A program made the position numbers and the translations under genes. DNA of 64,000 nt from an uncultured Bacilli bacterium (GTDB taxonomy: Bacteria; Bacillota_I; Bacilli_A; RF39; UBA660): NCBI GenBank assembly GCA_934140575.1, contig CAKPBJ010000001.1, positions 68,905 to 132,904 on the forward strand, read 5' to 3'. This document shows positions 39,201 through 47,193 of this stretch, piece after piece. The notes under the pieces were generated by a model, which made no database searches, had not been told where the DNA came from, and saw only the letters and a program-made list of their open reading frames with translations. Each line of letters starts with the position of its first letter. Position 1 is the first letter of the stretch.

Positions 39201-39564
39201 AAATAAATCTTTGTCAATACGCGTGATAAAAAGATAAAGATTTATTGTGCAAGATTACTTCTTACTTATCCGTATTTAATATTATCATAGTTGAGTGAAT
39301 TTTACAAATAAAATGTATAATTATTTGTCGAAATATGTAACAATAGACAAATTAAAATTTGTTACTTTGGTCGTCACCAGTCAAAATTTTACTTTGTGTT
39401 TGCTTTTAGAACTATTTGGATGCAACCTAAACTTATAAGCTTTATACATGTACTACGTCTTCAATATCTTGACTTACTATAACTGACTACAAATAAGTGT
39501 TTGTTAATATAAAATAGCAATTATAATTTTAGTTACTTTTTTAAAGTAAATTCCTTATAAATAG

Positions 39565-39597
39565 AAAAGAAGACTTTTCTATGTCTTCTTTCTTTGA
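39565..39597 (-). terminator. rho-independent terminator after surface-protein gene
   Basis: AGAAGACTTTTCTATGTCTTCT hairpin with T-rich tail on minus strand. Confidence 0.5.
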
Positions 39598-39602
39598 ATT
39601 AA

Positions 39603-41006
39603 TTAATTAAATCTTTTTTTCATTGCATATCCAATACCAGCAGCACTTACTAACATTGTTCCAATTACTGCATAAATATTGATATCTGAAGTATTAGGAT
39701 TTGTTACCTTTTCTTCTGTACGCTTTTGAACTAATTTCATGTATACAGTTGTATCTTCTTTTATTGGATTTGTGAAATCAAAGGCTTTTGTATATTCCTC
39801 ATCTAAATAGAATCCATCAAAAGTATATCCTGTTCCTTCTAATTCTTTCATTAATTCATTTTTTAATTCTTCGATTTCTTCGGCTGTTAATTTTGTTCCT
39901 TCTGGAATTTCAACACTTTCTGTTTCACCATTAGCACTGAATGTTAATGTTACAGGTTTTGCTACTGTATATGTTCCGTCTTCATTATCGAATACTTTGT
40001 ATCCATTTGGTACCATATCTTCGCTTGGCTCTGTAGTATAAGTTCCACCTTGAGTTTTTACTGTTGTACCTGTTGTAGCAGTAATTTCTCCATTGATTTC
40101 TCCTTCTGCTACTTCAAGTTTTCCACCATTTTGAACAATTATATCCCCAGAAATTTTTCCACCTTTGATAGTAACTTCTGGAGCATGTCCATTATAGCTA
40201 CCATCTCTTGCTATTTTAACGAAACCATTCATTGTTCCATTTTCGATAGTTGTTGTTGATTGATATCTGTCATCCCATGAATATGCTGTTATTGATGCTG
40301 CTCCATCTACTGCATTTAGTTCTCCACCTTTAAGTGAAAAATCACCCCAGTTTTGAACTGCACTTCCTCCTGCTTTTTTAGTAGATACTTTTCCTCCAGA
40401 AATTACTAACTTACCATTATCATCATTTTTTAATACGATAAAGTCATTTTCAAAAGTTCCTGCTTCTACATATAATTTTGCTTCAATGTTTCTGATTAAT
40501 GAACTAAATCCTGATGTATTAACAACACTTCCACCTTTAAATATTAATTCTGCTTTTGTACCATTGTTGTCGATAACATACCATGAGTTTCCTCCATTGC
40601 TACCACGAACTCCTGCTTCTTTTGAACGTGTAAAAGTTCCTGATAAAACAGTTACTTTTCCGTTGTTTACTAAAGCACCTTTTCCGTGAGTAACGTTATC
40701 AACTTTACCATTACCTTTAACAGTTAATGTACCTTTATTGGTAATGGTATTTCCTGATTTGTTTGTTAATGTGTAAGTTCCCAAATCAAGAGTAATATCT
40801 TTGCCTTCAGCTACTGTGATATCTTCTTTTGTATCAGATGTTAATGTAACTGTCTCACCAGTTTTTGCCGCATTGATTGCCTCTTGTAGTGTAGAATACT
40901 CAACATTTCCTATTTTTGCAACGTTACTATTTTCTGCATATGCATTTGGAACAATTAATGCACTAGCAATTATAGTCATTGCAAAGAATAATATTTTTTT
41001 TCGCAT
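39603..41006 (-). CDS. secreted Gly/Thr-rich beta-repeat surface protein with C-terminal NPNTS sorting signal (putative sortase B substrate)
   Basis: signal peptide, repetitive G/T/N-rich body, C-terminus NPNTSD + hydrophobic stretch + KKRFN; adjacent divergent class B sortase. Confidence 0.55.
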   Translation of the reverse strand: MRKKILFFAMTIIASALIVPNAYAENSNVAKIGNVEYSTLQEAINAAKTGETVTLTSDTKEDITVAEGKDITLDLGTYTLTNKSGNTITNKGTLTVKGNGKVDNVTHGKGALVNNGKVTVLSGTFTRSKEAGVRGSNGGNSWYVIDNNGTKAELIFKGGSVVNTSGFSSLIRNIEAKLYVEAGTFENDFIVLKNDDNGKLVISGGKVSTKKAGGSAVQNWGDFSLKGGELNAVDGAASITAYSWDDRYQSTTTIENGTMNGFVKIARDGSYNGHAPEVTIKGGKISGDIIVQNGGKLEVAEGEINGEITATTGTTVKTQGGTYTTEPSEDMVPNGYKVFDNEDGTYTVAKPVTLTFSANGETESVEIPEGTKLTAEEIEELKNELMKELEGTGYTFDGFYLDEEYTKAFDFTNPIKEDTTVYMKLVQKRTEEKVTNPNTSDINIYAVIGTMLVSAAGIGYAMKKRFN

Positions 41007-41207
41007 ATTCTCCTCTCCTTTTTTAAGAGCATGCCTACTCTTATGCCCTAATTATATATCCGAAGTTATAGGTTGTCAATCAAATTCAAATGGGACTTTT
41101 TTATTATATGTAAAGCAAAAAATATGAAGAATTTTGTACAATGAAAAAGCTTTATAGCTACTATTATTAATGGTATAATTTACTTAAGAGCTAAGGAGAT
41201 TAGAAGT

Positions 41208-42068
41208 ATGAAGAAAAAGAAGATGACAAGAGTTGAATATCAGAAAAGACTCAGAAGGAAAAGAATGAGATTAAAACCAGTTCCTTTTGCTATATTAATT
41301 TTGATTTGTTCTTCAATATTTATTTTTTCTTTATACTCACTTGTCACATGGCAACTTGATAATAATAAAATTAAGAATCTTCATAGTGAGATAGATGATA
41401 TTTCTAATGGAGAGTTTATTAAAGATAAAGGCGATGCTTTTAATCCGCCTGATGATAAAGATAGTGATTATTGGTATTACATTGATCTTCCTTTTTATAA
41501 TGTTGATTTTGATGAGCTATTAAAGAAGAATAAAGATACTGTTGCTTTTATTCATATGGAAAATAATAATATTAATTATCCTGTTGTTCAATCTAAAGAT
41601 AATAATTATTATTTAACTCATGCATTTGATAAAAGTTATAATGAAGCAGGATGGGTATTTTTAGATTATAGAAATAATATTAATTCATTATCTTTTAATA
41701 ATATTATATATGGACATGGTAGATTAAATAAAACTGTATTTGGTTCTCTTAAAGATACTCTTGATAAGAAATGGCAAAGTAATAAAGATAATTTAGCTAT
41801 TTATATTTCTACTCCTAATGAGAATATGATATTTCAAATATTTTCTATTTATACTATTAAAAGTGAGTCTTATTATATTAATACTTTATTTAATAATAAA
41901 AATGAAAAAAGTAAATGGTTAGATACTATGATTCAGAGAAATACTTCTGCTATTAATACTTCTGTTGATACAAATGATAAAATTCTTACATTGTCTACTT
42001 GTCTTGATGACAATGGTGGACGTGTTGTCGTACAAGCAAAGTTAATAAAAACTCAAAAAAGACTGTAG
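41208..42068 (+). CDS. srtB: class B sortase
   Basis: N-terminal TM anchor, His (IYGHG), TLSTC catalytic Cys motif, downstream Arg; 286 aa. Confidence 0.75.
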   Translation: MKKKKMTRVEYQKRLRRKRMRLKPVPFAILILICSSIFIFSLYSLVTWQLDNNKIKNLHSEIDDISNGEFIKDKGDAFNPPDDKDSDYWYYIDLPFYNVDFDELLKKNKDTVAFIHMENNNINYPVVQSKDNNYYLTHAFDKSYNEAGWVFLDYRNNINSLSFNNIIYGHGRLNKTVFGSLKDTLDKKWQSNKDNLAIYISTPNENMIFQIFSIYTIKSESYYINTLFNNKNEKSKWLDTMIQRNTSAINTSVDTNDKILTLSTCLDDNGGRVVVQAKLIKTQKRL

Positions 42069-42095
42069 ATTATATAATTTACAGTCTTTTTGGTA
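42055..42095 (+). terminator. rho-independent terminator after sortase gene
   Basis: GACTGTAGATTATATAATTTACAGTC hairpin then CTTTTTGG. Confidence 0.55.
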
Positions 42096-42192
42096 CTTAA
42101 AGTGTAATGGTTAATTATAAATTTGGAATTTACTATTATTTTTTTATAAAAATTTAATCATAACAATGAGAAAGAAAAAATTTGTCCTAAGC

Positions 42193-42243
42193 AAAATAAA
42201 AGCGTTGATTTCTCAACGTGTATTTCTTAATGGTGGAGCATAG
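42193..42243. repeat. direct repeat copy A: duplicate of tRNA-Ala 3' end (13 nt) plus its downstream terminator hairpin
   Basis: AAAATAAAAGCGTTGATTTCTCAACGTGTATTTCTTAATGGTGGAGCATAG nearly identical to 43094-43145. Confidence 0.8.
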
Positions 42244-42288
42244 TCTAAACAGAATAAAAAGAGAGAGCATCTGTCTCTCTTAGATAGT

Positions 42289-42323
42289 CTTATATGTCCC
42301 TAGCTAAAAGCGTCGCAATGCTA
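42289..42323. repeat. 35-bp direct repeat R1 (downstream of MazF-like gene)
   Basis: CTTATATGTCCCTAGCTAAAAGCGTCGCAATGCTA; 34/35 identical to R2. Confidence 0.8.
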
Positions 42324-42342
42324 TCTATATAATAATATGTAA

Positions 42343-42750
42343 CTACTTTTTGTTTTTATACATTATTTTATTTATATATGAGATGATTTTCATCTTTAAT
42401 ATTTTTTGAGTTTCATCATTTAATACAACAATTTTCCCATCTTTGTTTTCATAATAGTTTTTAATTCTATTTTTAGATATTATTTTCATTTGATCTAATA
42501 AAGCAATCGAATCTGTTTGTTTTAAATATTGCCAACTAAAATGTTTTGTTTCTTTATAATTTCTGTTATTAAATGCTTCTTCTGATTTAAAATGTTTACT
42601 TTTAGGGCTCGTTAATGGAATGCAAAAGATCATATTTTTAATTCCTGGTATAGTATATAATACACCTAAATGGATACTATTAATTTCATTTCCAACATTT
42701 CCAGTAAAATCAATATGGCATAATGTTCCATCTAAAAAACTATAATCCAT
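42343..42750 (-). CDS. MazF/PemK-fold toxin-like protein (solo; no adjacent antitoxin ORF)
   Basis: start likely internal Met (AGGAGG-N8-ATG); GTLCHIDFTGNVGNEINSIHLGVLYT..MIFCIPLTSPKSK aligns with MazF GDLIWVDFDPTKGSEQAGHRPAVVLS..MCLCVPCTTQSK. Confidence 0.5.
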   Translation of the reverse strand: MDYSFLDGTLCHIDFTGNVGNEINSIHLGVLYTIPGIKNMIFCIPLTSPKSKHFKSEEAFNNRNYKETKHFSWQYLKQTDSIALLDQMKIISKNRIKNYYENKDGKIVVLNDETQKILKMKIISYINKIMYKNKK

Positions 42751-42811
42751 TATCTTGCCTCCTAATATAATAAGAAAGAGGAACCTGAGTTCCCCTTTTA
42801 CCAAAAGTAGA

Positions 42812-42846
42812 CTTATATGTCCCTAGCTAAAAGCGTCACAATGCTA
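42812..42846. repeat. 35-bp direct repeat R2 (upstream of MazF-like gene)
   Basis: CTTATATGTCCCTAGCTAAAAGCGTCACAATGCTA. Confidence 0.8.
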
Positions 42847-42870
42847 CCCATAGATGTTTAATTTTGATTG

Positions 42871-42905
42871 ACTAATATGTCCCTCGATTTCTCTTCACAA
42901 TGCAA
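42871..42905. repeat. degenerate third copy R3 with conserved ends and variable centre
   Basis: ACTAATATGTCCCT-CGATTTCTCTT-CACAATGCAA shares ends ACT.ATATGTCCCT / CACAATGC with R1/R2. Confidence 0.6.
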
Positions 42906-43093
42906 TCAATTAACATAATTAATTATGTGTTGCTTATTATAACACATATTATACAAAAAATCAAAATAATAAACTTTAGTTTGATTTCTGTAATTAAATT
43001 GTATATTATTTTATTTCTTATGACAAGTCTTTTTTTCTTGACAGGCATCTCCTCTATTATATTATTATCAAATATTTTTATTTTTACTAATTT

Positions 43094-43145
43094 TTAATTA
43101 TAAAAATAAAAAACGTTGATTTCTCAACGTGTATTTCTTAATGGT
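43094..43145. repeat. direct repeat copy B (native tRNA-Ala 3' end plus terminator)
   Basis: see copy A; contains terminator hairpin ACGTTGATTTCTCAACGT (43103-43120). Confidence 0.8.
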
Positions 43146-43207
43146 GGAGCATAGCGGGATCGAACCGCTGACCTCCACGGTGCAAACGTGGCGCTCTCCC
43201 AGCTGAG
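43132..43207 (-). tRNA. tRNA-Ala (anticodon UGC), CCA encoded
   Basis: minus strand GGGGCATTAGCTCAGCTGGGAGAGCGCCACGTTTGCACCGTGGAGGTCAGCGGTTCGATCCCGCTATGCTCCACCA; G3:U70, cloverleaf with TGC anticodon. Confidence 0.9.
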
Positions 43208-43225
43208 CTAATGCCCCATTAATTA

Positions 43226-44029
43226 CTAGTCTTTTTCACAACCAGTAATTGAATTATAGCAAACACTATTTTTTGTGTCAACGTTTTTTTTGAAATTTTT
43301 GTATTTTTTTTCTAAAAAGTCCTTTTCTAGGTAGTATTTATCATGTTCTTTTATAATATGCGCATTGTTCCTATAAAAATTATTTATATTCTTTATTATT
43401 TTTTTCTTTTTAAATTTAAAATTATACAATGTTCTCTCTAATAAAAATTTATTATATGTGTACTCTATTTTTAATTCTTCTTTATGAATTACTGTTAATA
43501 AGAAGAGTGACATTATAATTATATTTAATTTTATATTTGTTTGGAGAAGAAAAATTATCAATACTAGGATGTAACTAATTTTAATTGTTAGTTTAAAAGA
43601 ATATTTGTATGGAAGGATTTTATTAAATAATAGATTTAGTAATTTTCCTCCATCTAAGGGATAGATTGGTAGTAAATTAAATACTAATAGTGATAGATGA
43701 TATATAAGTATTAATTCTTTATCTGTTTTAAAAATATTTATTAATAAGATATAGGCAATATTTTGAGTTATTGGACCGGCGATTAGAACTAGAAATTCTT
43801 TTAGAGGACTTATATTTAATTTCATATCAAACTTGGAAATTCCACCTAATGGATAGATATATATTTTATCTACTTTTATTTTTAATATATAAGCCATTAT
43901 AAAATGACCTAGTTCATGGATTATTATTATTGTATTTAATATTAAATATTCTTTAAATGATCCTATTAAAACTGCGAATAGGCCTAAAATATATACTAAT
44001 GGATTTATTTTAAATATATTTTTTATAAT
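43226..44029 (-). CDS. spoIVFB: SpoIVFB-like site-2 (M50) metalloprotease; apparent ATT/ATA start, overlapping end of upstream gene
   Basis: LPIYPLDGG motif in annotated part; HELGH zinc motif encoded in-frame upstream of the first ATG with no ATG/GTG/TTG back to the in-frame TAG at 44030-44032. Confidence 0.6.
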   Translation of the reverse strand: MIKNIFKINPLVYILGLFAVLIGSFKEYLILNTIIIIHELGHFIMAYILKIKVDKIYIYPLGGISKFDMKLNISPLKEFLVLIAGPITQNIAYILLINIFKTDKELILIYHLSLLVFNLLPIYPLDGGKLLNLLFNKILPYKYSFKLTIKISYILVLIIFLLQTNIKLNIIIMSLFLLTVIHKEELKIEYTYNKFLLERTLYNFKFKKKKIIKNINNFYRNNAHIIKEHDKYYLEKDFLEKKYKNFKKNVDTKNSVCYNSITGCEKD

Positions 44030-44576
44030 CTAGTTTTTCTCCACTTTTTTCGAATGAAAGATATAATTCTGTTGAAGCGGTTTCTCCTAGTACTTGGCCT
44101 TTTTCTATGTAGTCATATAATTTATAATTGTTTGTATTAACATTTGAATAATATGTATCAATACCATCCACTTGCTCTACTATTATTGTCTTTAAATTAT
44201 CTTTTTCTCCTACATAGACAATTATTCCGCTTTCTAATACTGGAACTAGGTAATGTTCATCAACTGTTAGTTTTACTCCATTTTTATATTCTTTTGAGTC
44301 TTTATATGATAATTTTTCACTAAATACTGAGCTTTCTTCTTTAACTACTTTATCAAGTGATAATACTTTTCCAAAATATTTATCATATATGTTTCTGACT
44401 TTTGTAAATTTAAAACTCTTAGTATATACTTCTTCTTCTATGAATTCTTTTACTTTTATATTTTGCTTTACTAAGATTAGACCTATTAAAAATATTATTA
44501 TTGCACATAGTACTTTACTTATGAATATTTTTACTTGTTTTTTTAATACTAATTTTTCTTCTATTTTTCTTTCCAT
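44010..44576 (-). CDS. spoIVFA: SpoIVFA-like membrane protein with degenerate LytM/M23-like C-terminal domain
   Basis: N-terminal TM, C-terminal GIIVYVGEKDNLKTIIVEQVDGIDTYYSNV..GQVLGE resembling M23 fold; position upstream of spoIVFB after mreD. Confidence 0.4.
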   Translation of the reverse strand: MERKIEEKLVLKKQVKIFISKVLCAIIIFLIGLILVKQNIKVKEFIEEEVYTKSFKFTKVRNIYDKYFGKVLSLDKVVKEESSVFSEKLSYKDSKEYKNGVKLTVDEHYLVPVLESGIIVYVGEKDNLKTIIVEQVDGIDTYYSNVNTNNYKLYDYIEKGQVLGETASTELYLSFEKSGEKLDYKKYI

Positions 44577-44642
44577 ATAATCTCCTCGATTAATTATATG
44601 TAGAAGGATTATTTAATATAATAAAAAATAAGTATAACTTTT

Positions 44643-45152
44643 TTAGTTGATACTTATCTTTTTATATTTTTTAGGTATAACTTTTATTATTCCATATAGA
44701 AGTTCTCCATATATTATATTTAATAATAAGCTATGGGTAATTTTATATAATACTTTTAGTATTGTTACTGGGACAATATTATAGATAAATAATATTAGTC
44801 CTGTTAGTGATTCATAAGCTGTTATTATAATTATTAGGTATATTATTAGTTTTGTAGCATTTACTTCTAAATTTTTATATATGTACATTGTTATTATTGC
44901 TATGCATAAGAATAATACTGCATTAAAGAATAAAAGATTTGTATATAATAAATCATAAATTATTCCTAGAAGAAATACTATTATAAAGTATGATATTTCT
45001 TTTTTCTTAAAGAAGGGATATATTAAAAATATAGAGACTAATGTAAGTAATGGGGTGAAAAGTGATAGGTCATTTACTAGATATGGTAAATAATTTGATA
45101 ATATTCCATCTAATAATAAAGATATTATTAATATTATTGTACTTGCTAGCAT
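44643..45152 (-). CDS. mreD: rod shape-determining protein MreD
   Basis: 169-aa polytopic hydrophobic protein immediately after mreC. Confidence 0.55.
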   Translation of the reverse strand: MLASTIILIISLLLDGILSNYLPYLVNDLSLFTPLLTLVSIFLIYPFFKKKEISYFIIVFLLGIIYDLLYTNLLFFNAVLFLCIAIITMYIYKNLEVNATKLIIYLIIIITAYESLTGLILFIYNIVPVTILKVLYKITHSLLLNIIYGELLYGIIKVIPKKYKKISIN

Positions 45153-45934
45153 TACTTTGTCCTTAATACTGTTACATAGTGAATATCATTAAAATCTTGA
45201 TATGTCTTTATGTATACATTTTTACTTAGATTATACTTATCACTTTCAATTTTTTCTACTGTACCTATATATATACCCTGAGGTGTTGATTGGCCAAGGC
45301 CACTAGTTAGAACAACATCTCCTTCTTTTATTTCTGTTGTTTTGTCTATGTCTGATGCTTTTATTAATCCTGTTTTTTTATTATATCCATTTAATATAGC
45401 ATAGTTGTCATCGTTATTTGTTTTTATTGCGACACTAACTTTGAAATTTACATCATCTGATGTGATTAATTTTACTTCACTTGAGTTTTTTGAAACACTA
45501 GATATCTTTCCTACCAAACCGTTTTTTGTAATGACTGCCATATTTTTTTCAATACCAGAGTTTGAACCTTTATCAATTGTAATTGTATTAAACCAATAAC
45601 TTTTATTTCTTGATAGTATTGTTGCATTTACTGGTGTATATTCTGTTAGAGTTTTATTTAATTCTAGTGTGTCTTTTAATTCTTTAATTTCTTTTTCTAA
45701 TGAAGCGTTTACATTCTTTTGAATTAAGTAACTTTCTGATGCAGTTTCATCTTTATCTTTATTTAATGTCGTGAATGGATACATTACTACTTTTTGAATA
45801 TCAATTCCAATACTTTTTAATATTGTATTTTGACTTCTTGTTGTAAGTAGTGAAATTGATAGTAGAATTACTAGTACTACAGCAACAATTGATATTATAA
45901 TAAATTTTTGATTTTTTTTCTTTTTTCTATACAT
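45152..45934 (-). CDS. mreC: rod shape-determining protein MreC
   Basis: N-terminal TM, coiled-coil, C-terminal beta domains (GLVGKISSVS...VVLTSGLG). Confidence 0.8.
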   Translation of the reverse strand: MYRKKKKNQKFIIISIVAVVLVILLSISLLTTRSQNTILKSIGIDIQKVVMYPFTTLNKDKDETASESYLIQKNVNASLEKEIKELKDTLELNKTLTEYTPVNATILSRNKSYWFNTITIDKGSNSGIEKNMAVITKNGLVGKISSVSKNSSEVKLITSDDVNFKVSVAIKTNNDDNYAILNGYNKKTGLIKASDIDKTTEIKEGDVVLTSGLGQSTPQGIYIGTVEKIESDKYNLSKNVYIKTYQDFNDIHYVTVLRTK

Positions 45935-45978
45935 ATAATCATCTCACTAAACTATTATATTATATTTTTCTTTTTGTT

Positions 45979-46662
45979 TCAATTTAGAATGTTTAAATGT
46001 TCATAAAAACTGTAAAAAGAGTTGTCTCCAACAATTATATGGTCTGTTACTGGTATTCCTTGTATTCTCCCTGTTTCCATTAAATTTTTCGTAAATAATA
46101 TATCTTCTTTTGATGGTGTTGTATCACCTGTTGGATGATTGTGAATAGCAACTATTGATGATGCACTTACTCTATATGCTTCCTTAAATATTTCTCTTGT
46201 ATGTGTTACTGATCTATTTATTGTTCCCATAAAAATTAATTTCCTTTCAATTAACTCTTGTTTTGTATTAAAGTAGTAGCAATAAAAATATTCTTGTTTC
46301 TTCCCTAAAAGTAAATATCTTACAGACTTCCATATTGCTTTAGGATTATCTAGTTTAACTAATCTTTCATCTTTTTCTAAAAATATTCTTTTTCCAAGTT
46401 CGATGCTTGCCAGTAACTCCATTGCCTTAACCTCACCCACTCCGTCTATACTCATTAAATCATTCATACTTAGGTCTTTTAATTGGCTTAGATTGTATTT
46501 ATTTAATATTTCTAGAGATATTTCATTTACGTTTTTATTTTTTGTACCTGTTTTTAGTATTATAGATATTAATTCTTTATTTGATATATTTTCTATTCCT
46601 ACTTCTTTTAATCTTTCTCTTGGTCTTTCTTCTTTTGGTATATCTTTAATTCTATAATTCAT
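45979..46662 (-). CDS. radC: RadC-like JAMM-family protein (UPF0758)
   Basis: HhH N-terminus, JAMM motif AIHNHPTGD...SKEDI, 227 aa. Confidence 0.85.
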   Translation of the reverse strand: MNYRIKDIPKEERPRERLKEVGIENISNKELISIILKTGTKNKNVNEISLEILNKYNLSQLKDLSMNDLMSIDGVGEVKAMELLASIELGKRIFLEKDERLVKLDNPKAIWKSVRYLLLGKKQEYFYCYYFNTKQELIERKLIFMGTINRSVTHTREIFKEAYRVSASSIVAIHNHPTGDTTPSKEDILFTKNLMETGRIQGIPVTDHIIVGDNSFYSFYEHLNILN

Positions 46663-46693
46663 ATTTCACCTCTATATATTATTAGAGAGTTTA

Positions 46694-47116
46694 TTATGAA
46701 TTAGTGTTATTTCTTAATATTTCTTCATAAGTTGCGATTACTGTTTCTTCTATTTTTAATATTTCTTCATGTGATGATGTTTCATTTATTAAGTTATCAA
46801 ATTGAGTTACTGTTTCTTTAAATTCTTTGTTTGTTAGATATTTTTCTTTTATTGTTACCTTTTTGTTTTGTTCTTCTAGAATAGATTTTATTTTATTTGC
46901 AGTTTCTAAGTTTCTTGATATTCCTTTTTTTATATAAAGATTATCATAACCTTTTATAGATGTTTTGACTGTATTACTTCCTTTTTCTTCTATAAAATAA
47001 TATATTTCTTTATTGGTTATATTTTTTATTAAATCTATTTTACTCTTAAACAATATATTTCCTAATATGTATCCTATTATTATGTATATTAATCCTTTTA
47101 TTATGATTTTTTTCAT
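46694..47116 (-). CDS. hypothetical membrane-anchored protein
   Basis: 140 aa, N-terminal TM. Confidence 0.3.
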   Translation of the reverse strand: MKKIIIKGLIYIIIGYILGNILFKSKIDLIKNITNKEIYYFIEEKGSNTVKTSIKGYDNLYIKKGISRNLETANKIKSILEEQNKKVTIKEKYLTNKEFKETVTQFDNLINETSSHEEILKIEETVIATYEEILRNNTNS

Positions 47117-47193
47117 GTGATCACCATCGTTAATATAACAGACTAATAATTAGAATTTTGTCAAAAAAAATAGGTATTCTTTTTTTGAATACA

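Larger units (their letters stand above)
42193..43145. mobile_element. putative remnant of an element integrated at tRNA-Ala (repeat-bounded ~0.9-kb cassette carrying solo MazF-like toxin gene; no integrase present)
   Basis: bounded by ~51-bp direct repeats containing the tRNA 3' end; internal 35-bp direct repeats flank the only gene. Confidence 0.35.

Noticed and set aside
42900-43097. 65-aa plus-strand ORF between repeat R3 and tRNA-Ala, and an adjacent TTGACA-N17-TATTAT plus-strand promoter-like sequence
   Set aside because: ORF is a hydrophobic low-complexity translation of AT-rich spacer. The promoter-like match points antisense to the tRNA, and AT-rich DNA yields such matches by chance.
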